From Longimicrobiales bacterium (GTDB lineage: Bacteria; Gemmatimonadota; Gemmatimonadetes; Longimicrobiales; Gaopeijiaceae): a DNA stretch of 64,000 nt. Shown here piece after piece: positions 46,094 through 55,887 of the stretch. The stretch is taken from positions 2,016,001-2,080,000 of the forward strand of contig OZ241869.1 in NCBI GenBank assembly GCA_965202805.1, in the 5' to 3' direction. Numbering within the stretch: position 1 is the stretch's first letter; each line of letters opens with the position of its first letter. A model generated the notes under the pieces. That model saw only the letters and a program-made list of their open reading frames with translations. It was not told the origin of the DNA and searched no databases. Position numbers and translations under genes: made by a program.

Positions 46094-47464
46094 ATGACAT
46101 ACGCCCCGCACACCGCCTCCGCTACCTCCAGCCCCGGCCTCCGCTACCTCCAATCCCCGGCCTCGGAGACCCGCATGCACCACGTAGACCCGCCAACGCG
46201 CATTCGCCGAGACGACCGCGTCCTCGCCGAAGTGGAGGCCGCGCGCGACGAAATCGTGGCCTTTACGGCCGAGATGATCCGGATCCCCACGGTGAATCCC
46301 CCGGGAGCGTGCTACCGCGAGTGCGCCGAACTGATCGGCCGGCGGTTGCGGGCGACAGGCCTGGCGGTGGAGCACGTGGAGGCCGGGGGGCGCCCCGAGC
46401 ACACCGCCGCATACCCCAGGGTGAACGTGGTCGGGCGGGGGGCGGCCGTTCCGGGGCTCCCGCGGCTCCACCTGAACGGCCACTTCGACGTGGTTCCGCC
46501 GGGGGACGGCTGGACGGTCGATCCCTTCGCGGGGGTGGTGCGCGACGGGCGCATCTACGGAAGGGGTGCGTCGGACATGAAGTCGGGGATCGCCGCCGCC
46601 GTCTTCGCGGTCGAGGCGCTGCGGCGGGCCGGAGTCGAGCTCGAGGGAGCCGTGGACATCAGCGCCACCGTCGACGAGGAGAGCGGCGGCTTCGCGGGCG
46701 TGGCGCACCTGTGCGAAACCGGGATCATCTCGAGCGACGATACCCGGTACGCAATCATCCCCGAGCCGTTCGGACCCGCCCGCGTGTGCCTGGGGCACAG
46801 GGGCGTCTACTGGTTCGATGTGGTCGCGCACGGCCACACCGCGCACGGCAGCATGAGCCATCTCGGGCACAGCGCCATCGACGACATGGGAGCCCTTCTG
46901 GAAGCCTTCCGAACCCGGCTCGCCCCCGAACTCGCGACGCGCATTTCCGCTCTGCCCATCGTGCCCGAGCCCTCCCGGCGCCCCTCCCTGAACGTCAACG
47001 CGATCACCGGCGGCCAGGCCGACGAAGGGACGCAGTCGCCCTGCGTGGCCGACCTCTGCGTGGCCACCATCGACCGCCGTTTCATCCCCGAGGAGTCACT
47101 CGACGGGGTCCGCGGCGAAATCGCGCGCCTGGTCAGGTCGGTGGAAGGCGACGACCCGGAACGTCGTTTCACCATCGAGGAGCGCATGGTGGTCCACCCG
47201 ACCGCCGCGCCGCCCGGGTCACCGCTCGTGGCCGCCCTGTCCCGCGCGGTGGAAAGGGTACGCGGCCGCCCTGCGGAACTCGTGGCCAGTCCCGGCACCT
47301 ACGACCAGAAGCATTTTGCCCGCATCGCCGGCATCGAGCACTGCGTGGCCTACGGTCCCGGGCCCCTCGAGGAGGCACACCAGCCGGACGAGTCCTGCGC
47401 GGTGGACGACCTCGTCGCGAGCACCCAGGTGCTGGCGCTGGCGGCGCTGGAGCTGGTGGGGTGA
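46094..47464 (+). CDS. M20/ArgE-DapE family deacylase (start may be ATG ~46175)
   Basis: 'NGHFDVV', 'GRGASDMKSG', 'DEE', 'AHQPDE'. Confidence 0.88.
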   Translation: MTYAPHTASATSSPGLRYLQSPASETRMHHVDPPTRIRRDDRVLAEVEAARDEIVAFTAEMIRIPTVNPPGACYRECAELIGRRLRATGLAVEHVEAGGRPEHTAAYPRVNVVGRGAAVPGLPRLHLNGHFDVVPPGDGWTVDPFAGVVRDGRIYGRGASDMKSGIAAAVFAVEALRRAGVELEGAVDISATVDEESGGFAGVAHLCETGIISSDDTRYAIIPEPFGPARVCLGHRGVYWFDVVAHGHTAHGSMSHLGHSAIDDMGALLEAFRTRLAPELATRISALPIVPEPSRRPSLNVNAITGGQADEGTQSPCVADLCVATIDRRFIPEESLDGVRGEIARLVRSVEGDDPERRFTIEERMVVHPTAAPPGSPLVAALSRAVERVRGRPAELVASPGTYDQKHFARIAGIEHCVAYGPGPLEEAHQPDESCAVDDLVASTQVLALAALELVG

Positions 47465-47529
47465 ACCGAACACGTCGCGCGACAGCCTCGGGCACGCCGA
47501 GAAACCGGGTGAAGCCCTGACAGGTCTGC

Positions 47530-47598
47530 ATGGGACGCTTCAGCTGAAACGCGAAGGGGGCGAAACGGGCCACGGGCTGTCCCAGCCGCGCCACCGGA
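47530..47598. repeat. Diverged 69-bp copy of an internal galK segment (48620-48688), just downstream of galK
   Basis: Direct alignment shows about 5 substitutions and 2 single-base indels. Confidence 0.85.
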
Positions 47599-47607
47599 GC
47601 TGCGAGG

Positions 47608-48891
47608 CTACACCTCCCGGACCCCTGCCCCTCCGCCGGGCTTCGCGACGAACAACATGTTGCGGGTCGGCGGCCGGCCCAGGCGTGGCTCGTAGAACCG
47701 CGTGGCGAGCGCCTCCATGACGGGCGCGATGGTGGTGACATCGCATAGCGCGACGGCGCAGCCACCGAAGCCGGCTCCGGTGAGGCGCGCTCCCGCCGCC
47801 CCCGCCCCGAGGGCCACCGATACGATTTCGTCGAGCTCACCTGTGCTCACCTCGTAGTCGTCGCGGAGGCTTTCGTGCGACCGCACCATGAGGTCGCCGA
47901 AGCGGTGCAGGTCACCGTCGCGCATGGCTTGCTCGGCCTGCGCCACCCGGCGGCCCTCCGTAACCACATGGCGGAAGCGCCGAAACAGCACGGGGGCGAG
48001 GGCACGGCGCGCGTGGCGGAGCAGGCCGTCCGGGTCGTCCGAGGCGACCAGGTCGCGGTAGGTTGGCTGTCCGAGTCCCTCCAGCGCCTCCCGGCACTGC
48101 CTCGCGCGTTCGTTATAGGCCTCGCGCGCGCCCGCGGACTTCTCGGCACGAACCAGCGACGACGCCACCACCCACCGCCACTCCTCCGGCACGGCCACCG
48201 GCGTCACGCGCAGCGGGTCGAACTCGATGCGGAGGGCGTGTCCCTCGACCCCGTGAAGGCATGCGGCCTGGTCCATCCCGCCTCCTTCGAGCCCGACGAA
48301 GCGCTCGGCGCGCGCCATCAGGGCCGCGAGTTCCAATCGGGAGAGCGCGGCCTGGATGCGAGTTGTCTCCCGGACACCCGTCCCGGGCAACGCTGCACCG
48401 CCACTCCCTGTCCGTTCCCCCACCTCGACCCCGTTCGCCCTCAGCAGCGCCAGCGCCGACGCCACCACCAGCGCCGACGACGATGAGAGCCCCGACGCGA
48501 TCGGGACATCGCCGGTGACCGTCCCCTCGATGCCTCGCTCCAGCAGCACCCCGTGCTCCAGCAGTCCCCGCGCCGCGGCCCGCACGTAGTTTGACCAGTC
48601 GCCCTGGTCCGCCGCCTCAATGGGACGTTTCAGCTGAAACGCGAACGGCGCGAAACGGGTCGACGGGCTGTCCAGCCGCACCACCGGATCGTCCACGACG
48701 CGGAAATCGACGCGCACCTCCCGGTCGATTGCGATGGGGAGGACCGGCAGGCCGTTGTAGTCGGTGTGCTCGCCGATCAGGTTGACGCGGCCGGGCGCGG
48801 TGACTCGCCAACGGGCTCGAGCCGGCCGCGCGCCCGCACCGGCCTCGCGCGTCGCCCCGGACGGCCCTCCTCCTCCAACGCCACCGCTCAA
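47608..48891 (-). CDS. galK: Galactokinase
   Basis: 'APGRVNLIGEHTDYNG', 'P..SGLSSSSA', 'MDQ', 'SH.SLRDDYEVS', 'GARLTGAGFGG'; start uncertain. Confidence 0.9.
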   Translation of the reverse strand: MSGGVGGGGPSGATREAGAGARPARARWRVTAPGRVNLIGEHTDYNGLPVLPIAIDREVRVDFRVVDDPVVRLDSPSTRFAPFAFQLKRPIEAADQGDWSNYVRAAARGLLEHGVLLERGIEGTVTGDVPIASGLSSSSALVVASALALLRANGVEVGERTGSGGAALPGTGVRETTRIQAALSRLELAALMARAERFVGLEGGGMDQAACLHGVEGHALRIEFDPLRVTPVAVPEEWRWVVASSLVRAEKSAGAREAYNERARQCREALEGLGQPTYRDLVASDDPDGLLRHARRALAPVLFRRFRHVVTEGRRVAQAEQAMRDGDLHRFGDLMVRSHESLRDDYEVSTGELDEIVSVALGAGAAGARLTGAGFGGCAVALCDVTTIAPVMEALATRFYEPRLGRPPTRNMLFVAKPGGGAGVREV

Positions 48892-50660
48892 TCCGAGTAG
48901 CCCAGCTTCGGCAACAGCCGGAAGAGCCAGACCCCCGCTCCTGCCGAGATCGCCAGCGCGACCACCGCCGCCAGGGCCTGCCCGTACAGCAGATACCCGG
49001 TCCCGAAGAGGGCCGCGTAGACCAGCACGCACCCGAGGAACCAGGCCAGGAAGGCAGCGGTGATCGATTCGGCGCCGCGCGGCCCGTCGCCCACGTCGAC
49101 GACCCGCCGCCATCCCCGGCCCATGGGCCGGATCCTGTCGTAGAAGCCCTGCAGCGTCTCGGAATCGGCGGGCGCCGTAAGGAAGGTCACCGAGAGCCAG
49201 CCGACCGTCGTTACCGCCACGCCGATCACGAGCTGCGTCCAAGCCGGGAGCGGCGCGAGTCCCAGCGCCCCGTGCACCCAGGCGAAATAGACCGCGACCA
49301 GGAACGAGATCGTCATGCCGGCCAGCTCGCTCCACACGTTCACGCGGTACCAGAACCAGCGCAGGAGGAAGATGAGCCCGGTTCCGGCCCCGATCTGGAG
49401 GAGGATCTGGAACCCCTGCCCCGCCGTGTCGAGCTGCAGCGCGATGAAGGCGCCGAGCACCATCAATCCCACCGTCGACAGCCGCCCCACGGCCACCAGC
49501 CGCCGCTGGCTCGCGTCCGGGTTCACGAAGCGGCGGTAGAAGTCGCTGACCACGTAGGACGATCCCCAGTTGAGCTGGGTGCTGATCGTCGACATGTACG
49601 CGGCCGCCAGCGAGGCGACCACCAGCCCGAGCAGCCCGGCGGGCAGGAACACCAGCATGGCCGGATAGGCCAGATCATTGCCCACCAGCCCGGGATCCAG
49701 CTCCGGGAAGCGGGCCTGGATGTCGGACAGCTCCGGGTATACGAGCATCGAGCACAGCGCCACGATGATCCACGGCCAGGGACGGAGCCCGTAGTGCGCG
49801 ATGTTGAACCACAGCGTGGCCTTCATCGACTCCTTCTCGTTCTTCGCCGCGAGCATGCGCTGGGCGACATAGCCCCCGCCCCCGGGCTCGGCGCCGGGAT
49901 ACCACGCGCTCCACCACTGCACCGCGATGGGGATGATGAAGATCCCCGCGGCGACGCTCCAGTCGGAGAAGTCCGGGAAGAAGTTCATCGCAGACTGCAG
50001 GTCGGGGTGCGAGACCAGCCCCGCGAGCCCGCCGACCTCCGGCTGGCGCAGCGCGAACACGGCGGCCGCGACCGAGCCGATCATGGCCACGACGAAGAGC
50101 ACGAGGTCGGTCACGACGACCCCCCAGAGCCCCGAAGTCGCGGAGTAGATCATGGTCACGGTGCCCGCGATCAGGACCGTGGTCAGGGGATCCAGCCCCA
50201 GGAGCACGCCGCCGATCTTGGTCGCCGCGAGCGTCACCGTCGCGATGATCATCACGTTGTAGAAGACGCCGAGATAGAGCGCCCGGAACCCCCGCAGAAA
50301 CGCTGCCGCTCGCCCGGAATAGCGCAGCTCGTAGAACTCGATGTCGGTCAGCGCGCCCGACCGCCGCCAGAGCCTCGCGTAGAAGAAGACCGTGCACATC
50401 CCGGTGATCAGGAAGGCCCACCAGGACCAGTTCTGCGCGACCCCGCCGCCGCGCACGAAGTCCGCGATCAGGTTGGGCGTGTCGGTCGAGAAGGTGGTTG
50501 CGACCATCGACGTGCCCAGCAGCCACCACGGCAGCTTCCGCCCCGACAGGAAGAACTCGTCCGCCCCGGACCCCGCGCGCCGGGCGAAGCGCAGGCCGAT
50601 GGCGAGGGCGGTGAGCCCGTACAGCGCGATGACGATCCAGTCGAGCGTGGTGAGTTGCAT
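48888..50660 (-). CDS. Sodium:solute symporter (probable sugar transporter)
   Basis: 'FFLSGR.LPWWL.G.SMVATTF', 'QRML.AK'; lies in the galK operon. Confidence 0.9.
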   Translation of the reverse strand: MQLTTLDWIVIALYGLTALAIGLRFARRAGSGADEFFLSGRKLPWWLLGTSMVATTFSTDTPNLIADFVRGGGVAQNWSWWAFLITGMCTVFFYARLWRRSGALTDIEFYELRYSGRAAAFLRGFRALYLGVFYNVMIIATVTLAATKIGGVLLGLDPLTTVLIAGTVTMIYSATSGLWGVVVTDLVLFVVAMIGSVAAAVFALRQPEVGGLAGLVSHPDLQSAMNFFPDFSDWSVAAGIFIIPIAVQWWSAWYPGAEPGGGGYVAQRMLAAKNEKESMKATLWFNIAHYGLRPWPWIIVALCSMLVYPELSDIQARFPELDPGLVGNDLAYPAMLVFLPAGLLGLVVASLAAAYMSTISTQLNWGSSYVVSDFYRRFVNPDASQRRLVAVGRLSTVGLMVLGAFIALQLDTAGQGFQILLQIGAGTGLIFLLRWFWYRVNVWSELAGMTISFLVAVYFAWVHGALGLAPLPAWTQLVIGVAVTTVGWLSVTFLTAPADSETLQGFYDRIRPMGRGWRRVVDVGDGPRGAESITAAFLAWFLGCVLVYAALFGTGYLLYGQALAAVVALAISAGAGVWLFRLLPKLGYSD

Positions 50661-50666
50661 TCGGTG

Positions 50667-51830
50667 TCACTCGCGGGAGAAGGGGGTTGGCGGAGCGTCC
50701 CGCGGGCCTGGCGGAGCGTCCCGCAGGGTTGGCCGGGCGTCCCGCGGGCCTGGCCGGGCGTCCCGCGGGGTCGGCTGCGCGTCCCGAAGGGATGGCCGAG
50801 CGTCCCATAGCGTTGGCCGAGCGTCCCATAGCGTTGGCCGAGCGTCCCATAGGGGCATCGGATAGACCCCCGAGTCTACCAGCCCCCGCAGCGATCGGGC
50901 CACTCCCGCATGATCGCCGGGGAACGTGACGCCGAGCCACAGCTCCCGGGTGGGCAGCACGGTGCAGCGCGCACGGCCCGCCCCGATCAGGTCGTTCATC
51001 GCCTCCGAGAGGTAGAATTCGCGGTCGAGGCCCGGCCCCGAAGCGAGAAACGCGGCGAACAAGTCGCGCAGCGGCAGAAGGATGTCCGGCTGGAAGCCCC
51101 AGAGGTTGGTGCAGACGGGGGTTCGCAGGGGGACCTCGAGCCGCTGGCCAGCTACGTCCCGGCCCATGGCGCGGTCTCCTTCGCGTCGGAGCTCGAGCCC
51201 CTCGGTCAGCCGCTGCAGCACGCCCGATTCGTCGATCTCGCAGAGGCCGCGGGAGACACCACCGCTCCCTGAGAGCGTGACTTCGAGGGGATAGCCTATG
51301 ATGAAGGCGCGGGTGAGATCGCCGGAAGTCATGTCAACATTACAATCTGTAATGTCAGCATTACTCTCCGCCGGACGTGGGCCGCTCGTTGCCGGATCCG
51401 AGCCCCGCATCGCGCGGATCAACGCTACGTACGCCCCCCGTCCGTAGAAGTCGTCGGCGTTGCACACCGCGAAGGGCCCGTTGACCTGTTCCCTCGCCGT
51501 CAGGACGGCGAAGCCGGTACCCCAGGGGCGGGTTCGCCCGGGTGGCGGGTCATCCACGAGCCCCGGATGGACCATCCGCTGGTTCGCGTAGCGGATGTCG
51601 AGGTGGGCCGCCGCATCGCGCAGGTGCGCGTCGAAATCGGGCCGAAGCGTCTCCTGGACGACGAGCAGGAAGCGGGTGAAGCCGGCGTGCGCGGCATCGT
51701 AGAGGGCGTAGTCGAGGAGAGCCTCGCCGCCCGGGCCGATGGGCGCAAGCTGCTTCAGGCGGCCGAACCGGGTGGAGCGGCCGGCCGCGAGGATGACCAG
51801 TGTGAGGGGTGGATCCAGTTTCGTTACCAT
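50667..51830 (-). CDS. Sugar-phosphate nucleotidyltransferase with repeat tail
   Basis: 'LVILAAGRSTRFG.LKQ', 'PWGTG', 'NADDFYG', 'REFYL'. Confidence 0.85.
   Translation of the reverse strand: MVTKLDPPLTLVILAAGRSTRFGRLKQLAPIGPGGEALLDYALYDAAHAGFTRFLLVVQETLRPDFDAHLRDAAAHLDIRYANQRMVHPGLVDDPPPGRTRPWGTGFAVLTAREQVNGPFAVCNADDFYGRGAYVALIRAMRGSDPATSGPRPAESNADITDCNVDMTSGDLTRAFIIGYPLEVTLSGSGGVSRGLCEIDESGVLQRLTEGLELRREGDRAMGRDVAGQRLEVPLRTPVCTNLWGFQPDILLPLRDLFAAFLASGPGLDREFYLSEAMNDLIGAGRARCTVLPTRELWLGVTFPGDHAGVARSLRGLVDSGVYPMPLWDARPTLWDARPTLWDARPSLRDAQPTPRDARPGPRDARPTLRDAPPGPRDAPPTPFSRE
50686..50853. repeat. 21-bp tandem repeat x8 (coding 7-aa (W/R)DARP.. units)
   Basis: Eight contiguous units with core GCGTCCC at 50686, 50707, 50728, 50749, 50770, 50791, 50812 and 50833. 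Confidence 0.95.
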
Positions 51831-51977
51831 CGATGCCGGTTTGGGTTACCGTATACAATACCGAAGTCCACCACGGCAGGAGAGGGAGGCTCTGGAGACG
51901 ATGACGGGCCGGGAGGGCGCCAGACACGTGGATGCAGACACGGAACGGGACTCGGCGGAGCGCCGGAGCTGTCCCGC

Positions 51978-52946
51978 GTGAGCCGGAGGGTCCTCATCAC
52001 CGGCGGCGCCGGATTCGTCGGGAGCCACGTGGCCGACGCCCACATCGCACGGGGCGATCGGGTCTGGATCATGGACGACCTCTCTTCGGGGCGGCTCGCG
52101 AACCTCCCCTCCCGCGCCGAGTTCGTCGAGATGAAAATCGGCGACCCCCGCGCCCGGGAGCTGATCAGCGATGTCGGCTTCGACCTGATCAACCACCACG
52201 CGGCGCAGATCGACGTTCGCGCCTCCGTAACAGACCCCATCGCGGACGCCAGGACGAACATCGTCGGCCTCATCAACATCCTGGAGGCGGCGCGCGACGC
52301 GGGGACCCGGCGGGTGGTCTTCGTGTCCAGCGGAGGCGTCGTCTACGGAGAGCCCGAGGTGTATCCCACGCCCGAGAGCGCCCCCAAGCGCCCGGTGTCC
52401 CCCTACGGGGTGTCGAAGCTCGCCGGTGAACACTACCTCGACTCATTTCGCGAAGTGCACGGCCTCGAGTGCGCGGTGCTCCGGTACGGCAACGTCTACG
52501 GCCCCAGGCAGGATCCCCACGGGGAGGCGGGCGTGGTGGCCATCTTCTGCAATCGTCTGATCGACGGCCAAACCCTGGACATCTACGGCGACGGCGAGCA
52601 GACCCGGGACTACGTCTACGCGGAGGACGTGGCGACCGCCAACCTGATCGCCGCCGACATGCCGCTCGAGGACGACGCCGGAATCGATGCGAGAGCCTTC
52701 AACGTGGGCACCGGGGAGGCGACGAGCGTGAACACGCTGGCGACCCTCCTGGAAGAGATCGCGGGCGTACGTCCCGGCCGGATCCACAGGGACGCCCGTC
52801 CCGGCGAGCTTCGTCGCAGCGTGCTCTCGACGGCGCGCATCCGCGCGATGGGCTGGTCGCCCGCGCACACCCTGCGCGAGGGGCTGGCGCGCACGTTCAG
52901 GCACATCGCGTCGGAGAGGGCGGCGACTCCTCCGCGTTCGGTCTGA
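51978..52946 (+). CDS. NAD-dependent epimerase/dehydratase (UDP-glucose 4-epimerase-like)
   Basis: 'TGGAGFVGSH', 'YGVSK', 'RYGNVYGPRQ', 'GDG.QTRD'. Confidence 0.9.
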   Translation: MSRRVLITGGAGFVGSHVADAHIARGDRVWIMDDLSSGRLANLPSRAEFVEMKIGDPRARELISDVGFDLINHHAAQIDVRASVTDPIADARTNIVGLINILEAARDAGTRRVVFVSSGGVVYGEPEVYPTPESAPKRPVSPYGVSKLAGEHYLDSFREVHGLECAVLRYGNVYGPRQDPHGEAGVVAIFCNRLIDGQTLDIYGDGEQTRDYVYAEDVATANLIAADMPLEDDAGIDARAFNVGTGEATSVNTLATLLEEIAGVRPGRIHRDARPGELRRSVLSTARIRAMGWSPAHTLREGLARTFRHIASERAATPPRSV

Positions 52947-53082
52947 TCTCTCGACGGTGCAAATGACCCACGAGGTGGGTGATTATCACCCATCAGGTGG
53001 TCGATCTGCACTCGTTGGGGTATGACGCGCACGGCATACGTGGAGTGGATGGCGGGCCGCATCGCCCAGGCGGGAGGGTGAC

Positions 53083-54240
53083 CTACCCGGGCGGGTCGAA
53101 ACCGAGCCGCCAGACCACCATCTGAGGGTAGGCGCCTTCGGTCTCGGTATTCTCGATGGCCAGCCCATCGCCTACAAAGGCCTCGAACAGCGCATCGTGA
53201 CGGCGGGTGGCGATGAACGAGCCGCTGTTGAGATCGATCAGGTCGATGCGACTCTCGAAAACGTACCCCCAGTCATCGTCGGTCGGCGCATGGGCGATCC
53301 CCCCATTGGGCATGACCCGCTCCTCCAGGTGATCCAGCCAGTCATCCCTGCGGACGTGACCGAGCACCCAGAGCCGGTGTTCGCCGTCGACCTGCATCGC
53401 GAAGATCCGGCTGTGTGGCGGATTATCGGGAGACCAGGCCCCGCGTGAGGCTTCTCTTTCGTTCAGCCTGGGTCCTCTGAGCCCCAGGATCCTGCCGCCA
53501 CTCGCGCTCCATACCCGGATGAGATAGTCGCCCAGCGCTCGAGCGCTGTAGATGCGCGCCTCCCGACCGACGGCCAATACCCGAGGTGCGAAGCCCGGAC
53601 CCTCAATGCCTTCCATCTGGTCGAACGAATGAAGGATGTCCAACCCCTCGACGATGTGGAGCGGTACGCCCTCCGCCCCGGCCGTCGTCCTGCTTGTGTT
53701 CACCAGGTATCTCCCGTCCGCCCCGAGCGGTACGGCGACCTGGTAGATCCCCGGGAAGAGAGATCTGTCCGAACGATACGAGAAGTCGGCGTTCACAACG
53801 GTTTCTCGACCGTTAGCGAGGTCGAAGACATGCATCCGTCCCTCGCCGTCGGTGCCGACCGGGGCTGGACGCCGGAATTCCATGGGTCCGTCCCCCCTGC
53901 GACCGACCTGCCTCAGGAAACTCCCCTCCGCATCCCAGACCTTCACCACGGACTCCCGCGGCATTCCCACCCAGTAGTTGCCAAAGTCATCAACCGCCCC
54001 GTATATCGACCAGTCGATGTAGCCCGGCTCTATCGTGTCGCCCAGGGTCACGACGCGGTCGACGGTGATGCAGTTACCGCACGTTGCCGCACTCTCGAGG
54101 ATGTCTACGATGGCGGTGCTGTCCTGCAGCGTGGTGAGATCCCTCGGGGCATCGGGCGCGCCACAGCCGGAAAGCCAGCTGGCGAGGGCAATGGCCAGGG
54201 GCAGAGATGCCGTGGTGGACTTTCCGAACATTTGAGCCAC
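53083..54240 (-). CDS. Beta-propeller lipoprotein
   Basis: Lipobox LSGC; 'VGRRGDGPMEF' NHL-like motif. Confidence 0.7.
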   Translation of the reverse strand: MAQMFGKSTTASLPLAIALASWLSGCGAPDAPRDLTTLQDSTAIVDILESAATCGNCITVDRVVTLGDTIEPGYIDWSIYGAVDDFGNYWVGMPRESVVKVWDAEGSFLRQVGRRGDGPMEFRRPAPVGTDGEGRMHVFDLANGRETVVNADFSYRSDRSLFPGIYQVAVPLGADGRYLVNTSRTTAGAEGVPLHIVEGLDILHSFDQMEGIEGPGFAPRVLAVGREARIYSARALGDYLIRVWSASGGRILGLRGPRLNEREASRGAWSPDNPPHSRIFAMQVDGEHRLWVLGHVRRDDWLDHLEERVMPNGGIAHAPTDDDWGYVFESRIDLIDLNSGSFIATRRHDALFEAFVGDGLAIENTETEGAYPQMVVWRLGFDPPG

Positions 54241-54427
54241 CTCCGTGGCGGGCCGCCGGAACGAGCAGGCGGCGAACTCCCTCCCTTCCCCCTTCGTTCT
54301 ACCCCTGCCTGGCGAAAATGCTCTCGGTCACGCCCGAGGTCAGAGCGTCTCCTGCCAGGCCACCAGGCCCTGAACTACAGCATCGCCGATCCACTGCTCG
54401 AATCTCCGGCGCGCATCCGCCAAGGCT

Positions 54428-55213
54428 TCACTCGCTCGCCAATTCCTGACGACGTACCTGCAGCGTGTCCGCCACCGATTGCACGACGGCCTTGAGCTGC
54501 TTCTTGCCGGCGATGATGGTCCGCGCCATGCCAACCGCCCCGTAGATTGCCCTTCTCTGAATGTCCGCAAAAAGGCGGACCAGCACTTCCTCACGCGCAT
54601 GGCTCGCATGCATCGCGATAAGCCGGTCCATTTCAGAAGCCACCTGCTCGGGCGGACAATACTCATGAAGCAACCCGTCGGGGCGCAGAGGATTGTTCGG
54701 GCGCTTCTTGTACTCTCCCTTCGCCAGCGGCATCTCGACGCGTCGTCCGAACGTGTTTCGAGCCGAAGCAGTGTCCTGATGAGCGAGCAACACCGCGTGC
54801 AGCTCCTTGACGAAGCTGGTGGACAGCTCGCGATCCCTCTTGATGAAGTCAAAGAGCCCGTCCAGAGCCAATGCGTGATCGCGCAGGATGTCGCTGACGA
54901 GGGCTGGGTCGCGGTTCGTGGCCGACGCGGCGATCAGGTTCTCCTGCAGCCCCCGCTCGACGAGAATCTCCGTCGTGTCCCGATCCAGCGTATAGATGCG
55001 CTCGATCAACCCGGTTTCGATCGCCCACTCCCGTTGCAGCCGCCGGTTGAAGTCCCGGACCCCTCCATGGGATGCAAGCTCCTCGCGGTTCTCGTTCCAA
55101 TACTCGACGAGGTACGCGAGGTCGGCATCGACGAGGGTCCGCCAGTTGTCCGGCAGGTCCTCGATGGGACGCCAGTGGTGGCCAACAGGGTTCGTGGCAG
55201 TCTTTTCGGTCAT
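54428..55213 (-). pseudogene. Fic-family protein lacking the catalytic core (probable in-frame deletion)
   Basis: Fic-like N-terminal half ('WAIETG.IE', 'ELHA.L', 'G.YK..PN', 'PP..V..EM..L') but no HPFxDGNGR motif. Confidence 0.65.
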
Positions 55214-55770
55214 GATTCACCCTTCGCCACATTCTCCGCGTACGTCAACGACTTCTCCAGCACCGGATTCGCGTTGTAGGCCTCGGACTGCCCGGGCGGG
55301 ATGCTCAGGTATTCCCAGTCGTCGCCGCAGAAGGACTTGGCCAGGTACACGATCTGCCCGACGTGATAGGCGGCGTGGGCCAGAGAGCGGAGGAGCGCTT
55401 CGTCAACGCGATGGGGGACGCTGCGGATGGTCACCTCGGAAGCCATGTCGTCGTCGGTCAACTCCGCGAGCGTGTCGAAGAGCACGCCCCAACCCTGGTC
55501 CCACTTCCCGGCTACCTCGGCCGGCGAGACGTTGCGCGCCTCGAACTCCGACTCACGGTCGCGCCAGGGCTTCTCCCCGTCCGTAGTCAGGAAGTCGGTG
55601 AAGCGCGACTCCAGGTTGCCGGCGACGTGCCAGACGATGGTCGCGACCGAGACGGCGTGCTCGGAACCGGCGACGAGTTGCTCGGCGTCCAATTGGCGGA
55701 ACGCGCGCTCCCCGAGGATCCTGTAGTGCTGGTATTCCGCTTCGATGAGAGCGAGGACCGTGCGGTTCAT
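55210..55770 (-). CDS. DinB/DUF1572-family protein
   Basis: 'SVA.IV.H.AGN..SR.TDFLT.DGEK.WR.R..EF', 'H..YHVGQI'. Confidence 0.85.
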   Translation of the reverse strand: MNRTVLALIEAEYQHYRILGERAFRQLDAEQLVAGSEHAVSVATIVWHVAGNLESRFTDFLTTDGEKPWRDRESEFEARNVSPAEVAGKWDQGWGVLFDTLAELTDDDMASEVTIRSVPHRVDEALLRSLAHAAYHVGQIVYLAKSFCGDDWEYLSIPPGQSEAYNANPVLEKSLTYAENVAKGES

Positions 55771-55887
55771 ATCGTCTCCTCATATTCTATTGTTAGGCCA
55801 AATAATATCATTGGAGTATATATACAACATCTATATATAGATATATAATGATATACACAATATACAATATAATACAGGATCCCGGGA

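Noticed and set aside
47530..48688. DGR template/variable repeat pair
   Set aside because: No reverse transcriptase in the window, differences are not adenine-specific, and there are indels.
50686..50853. CRISPR array
   Set aside because: Contiguous 21-bp units with no unique spacers, inside a CDS, and no cas genes.
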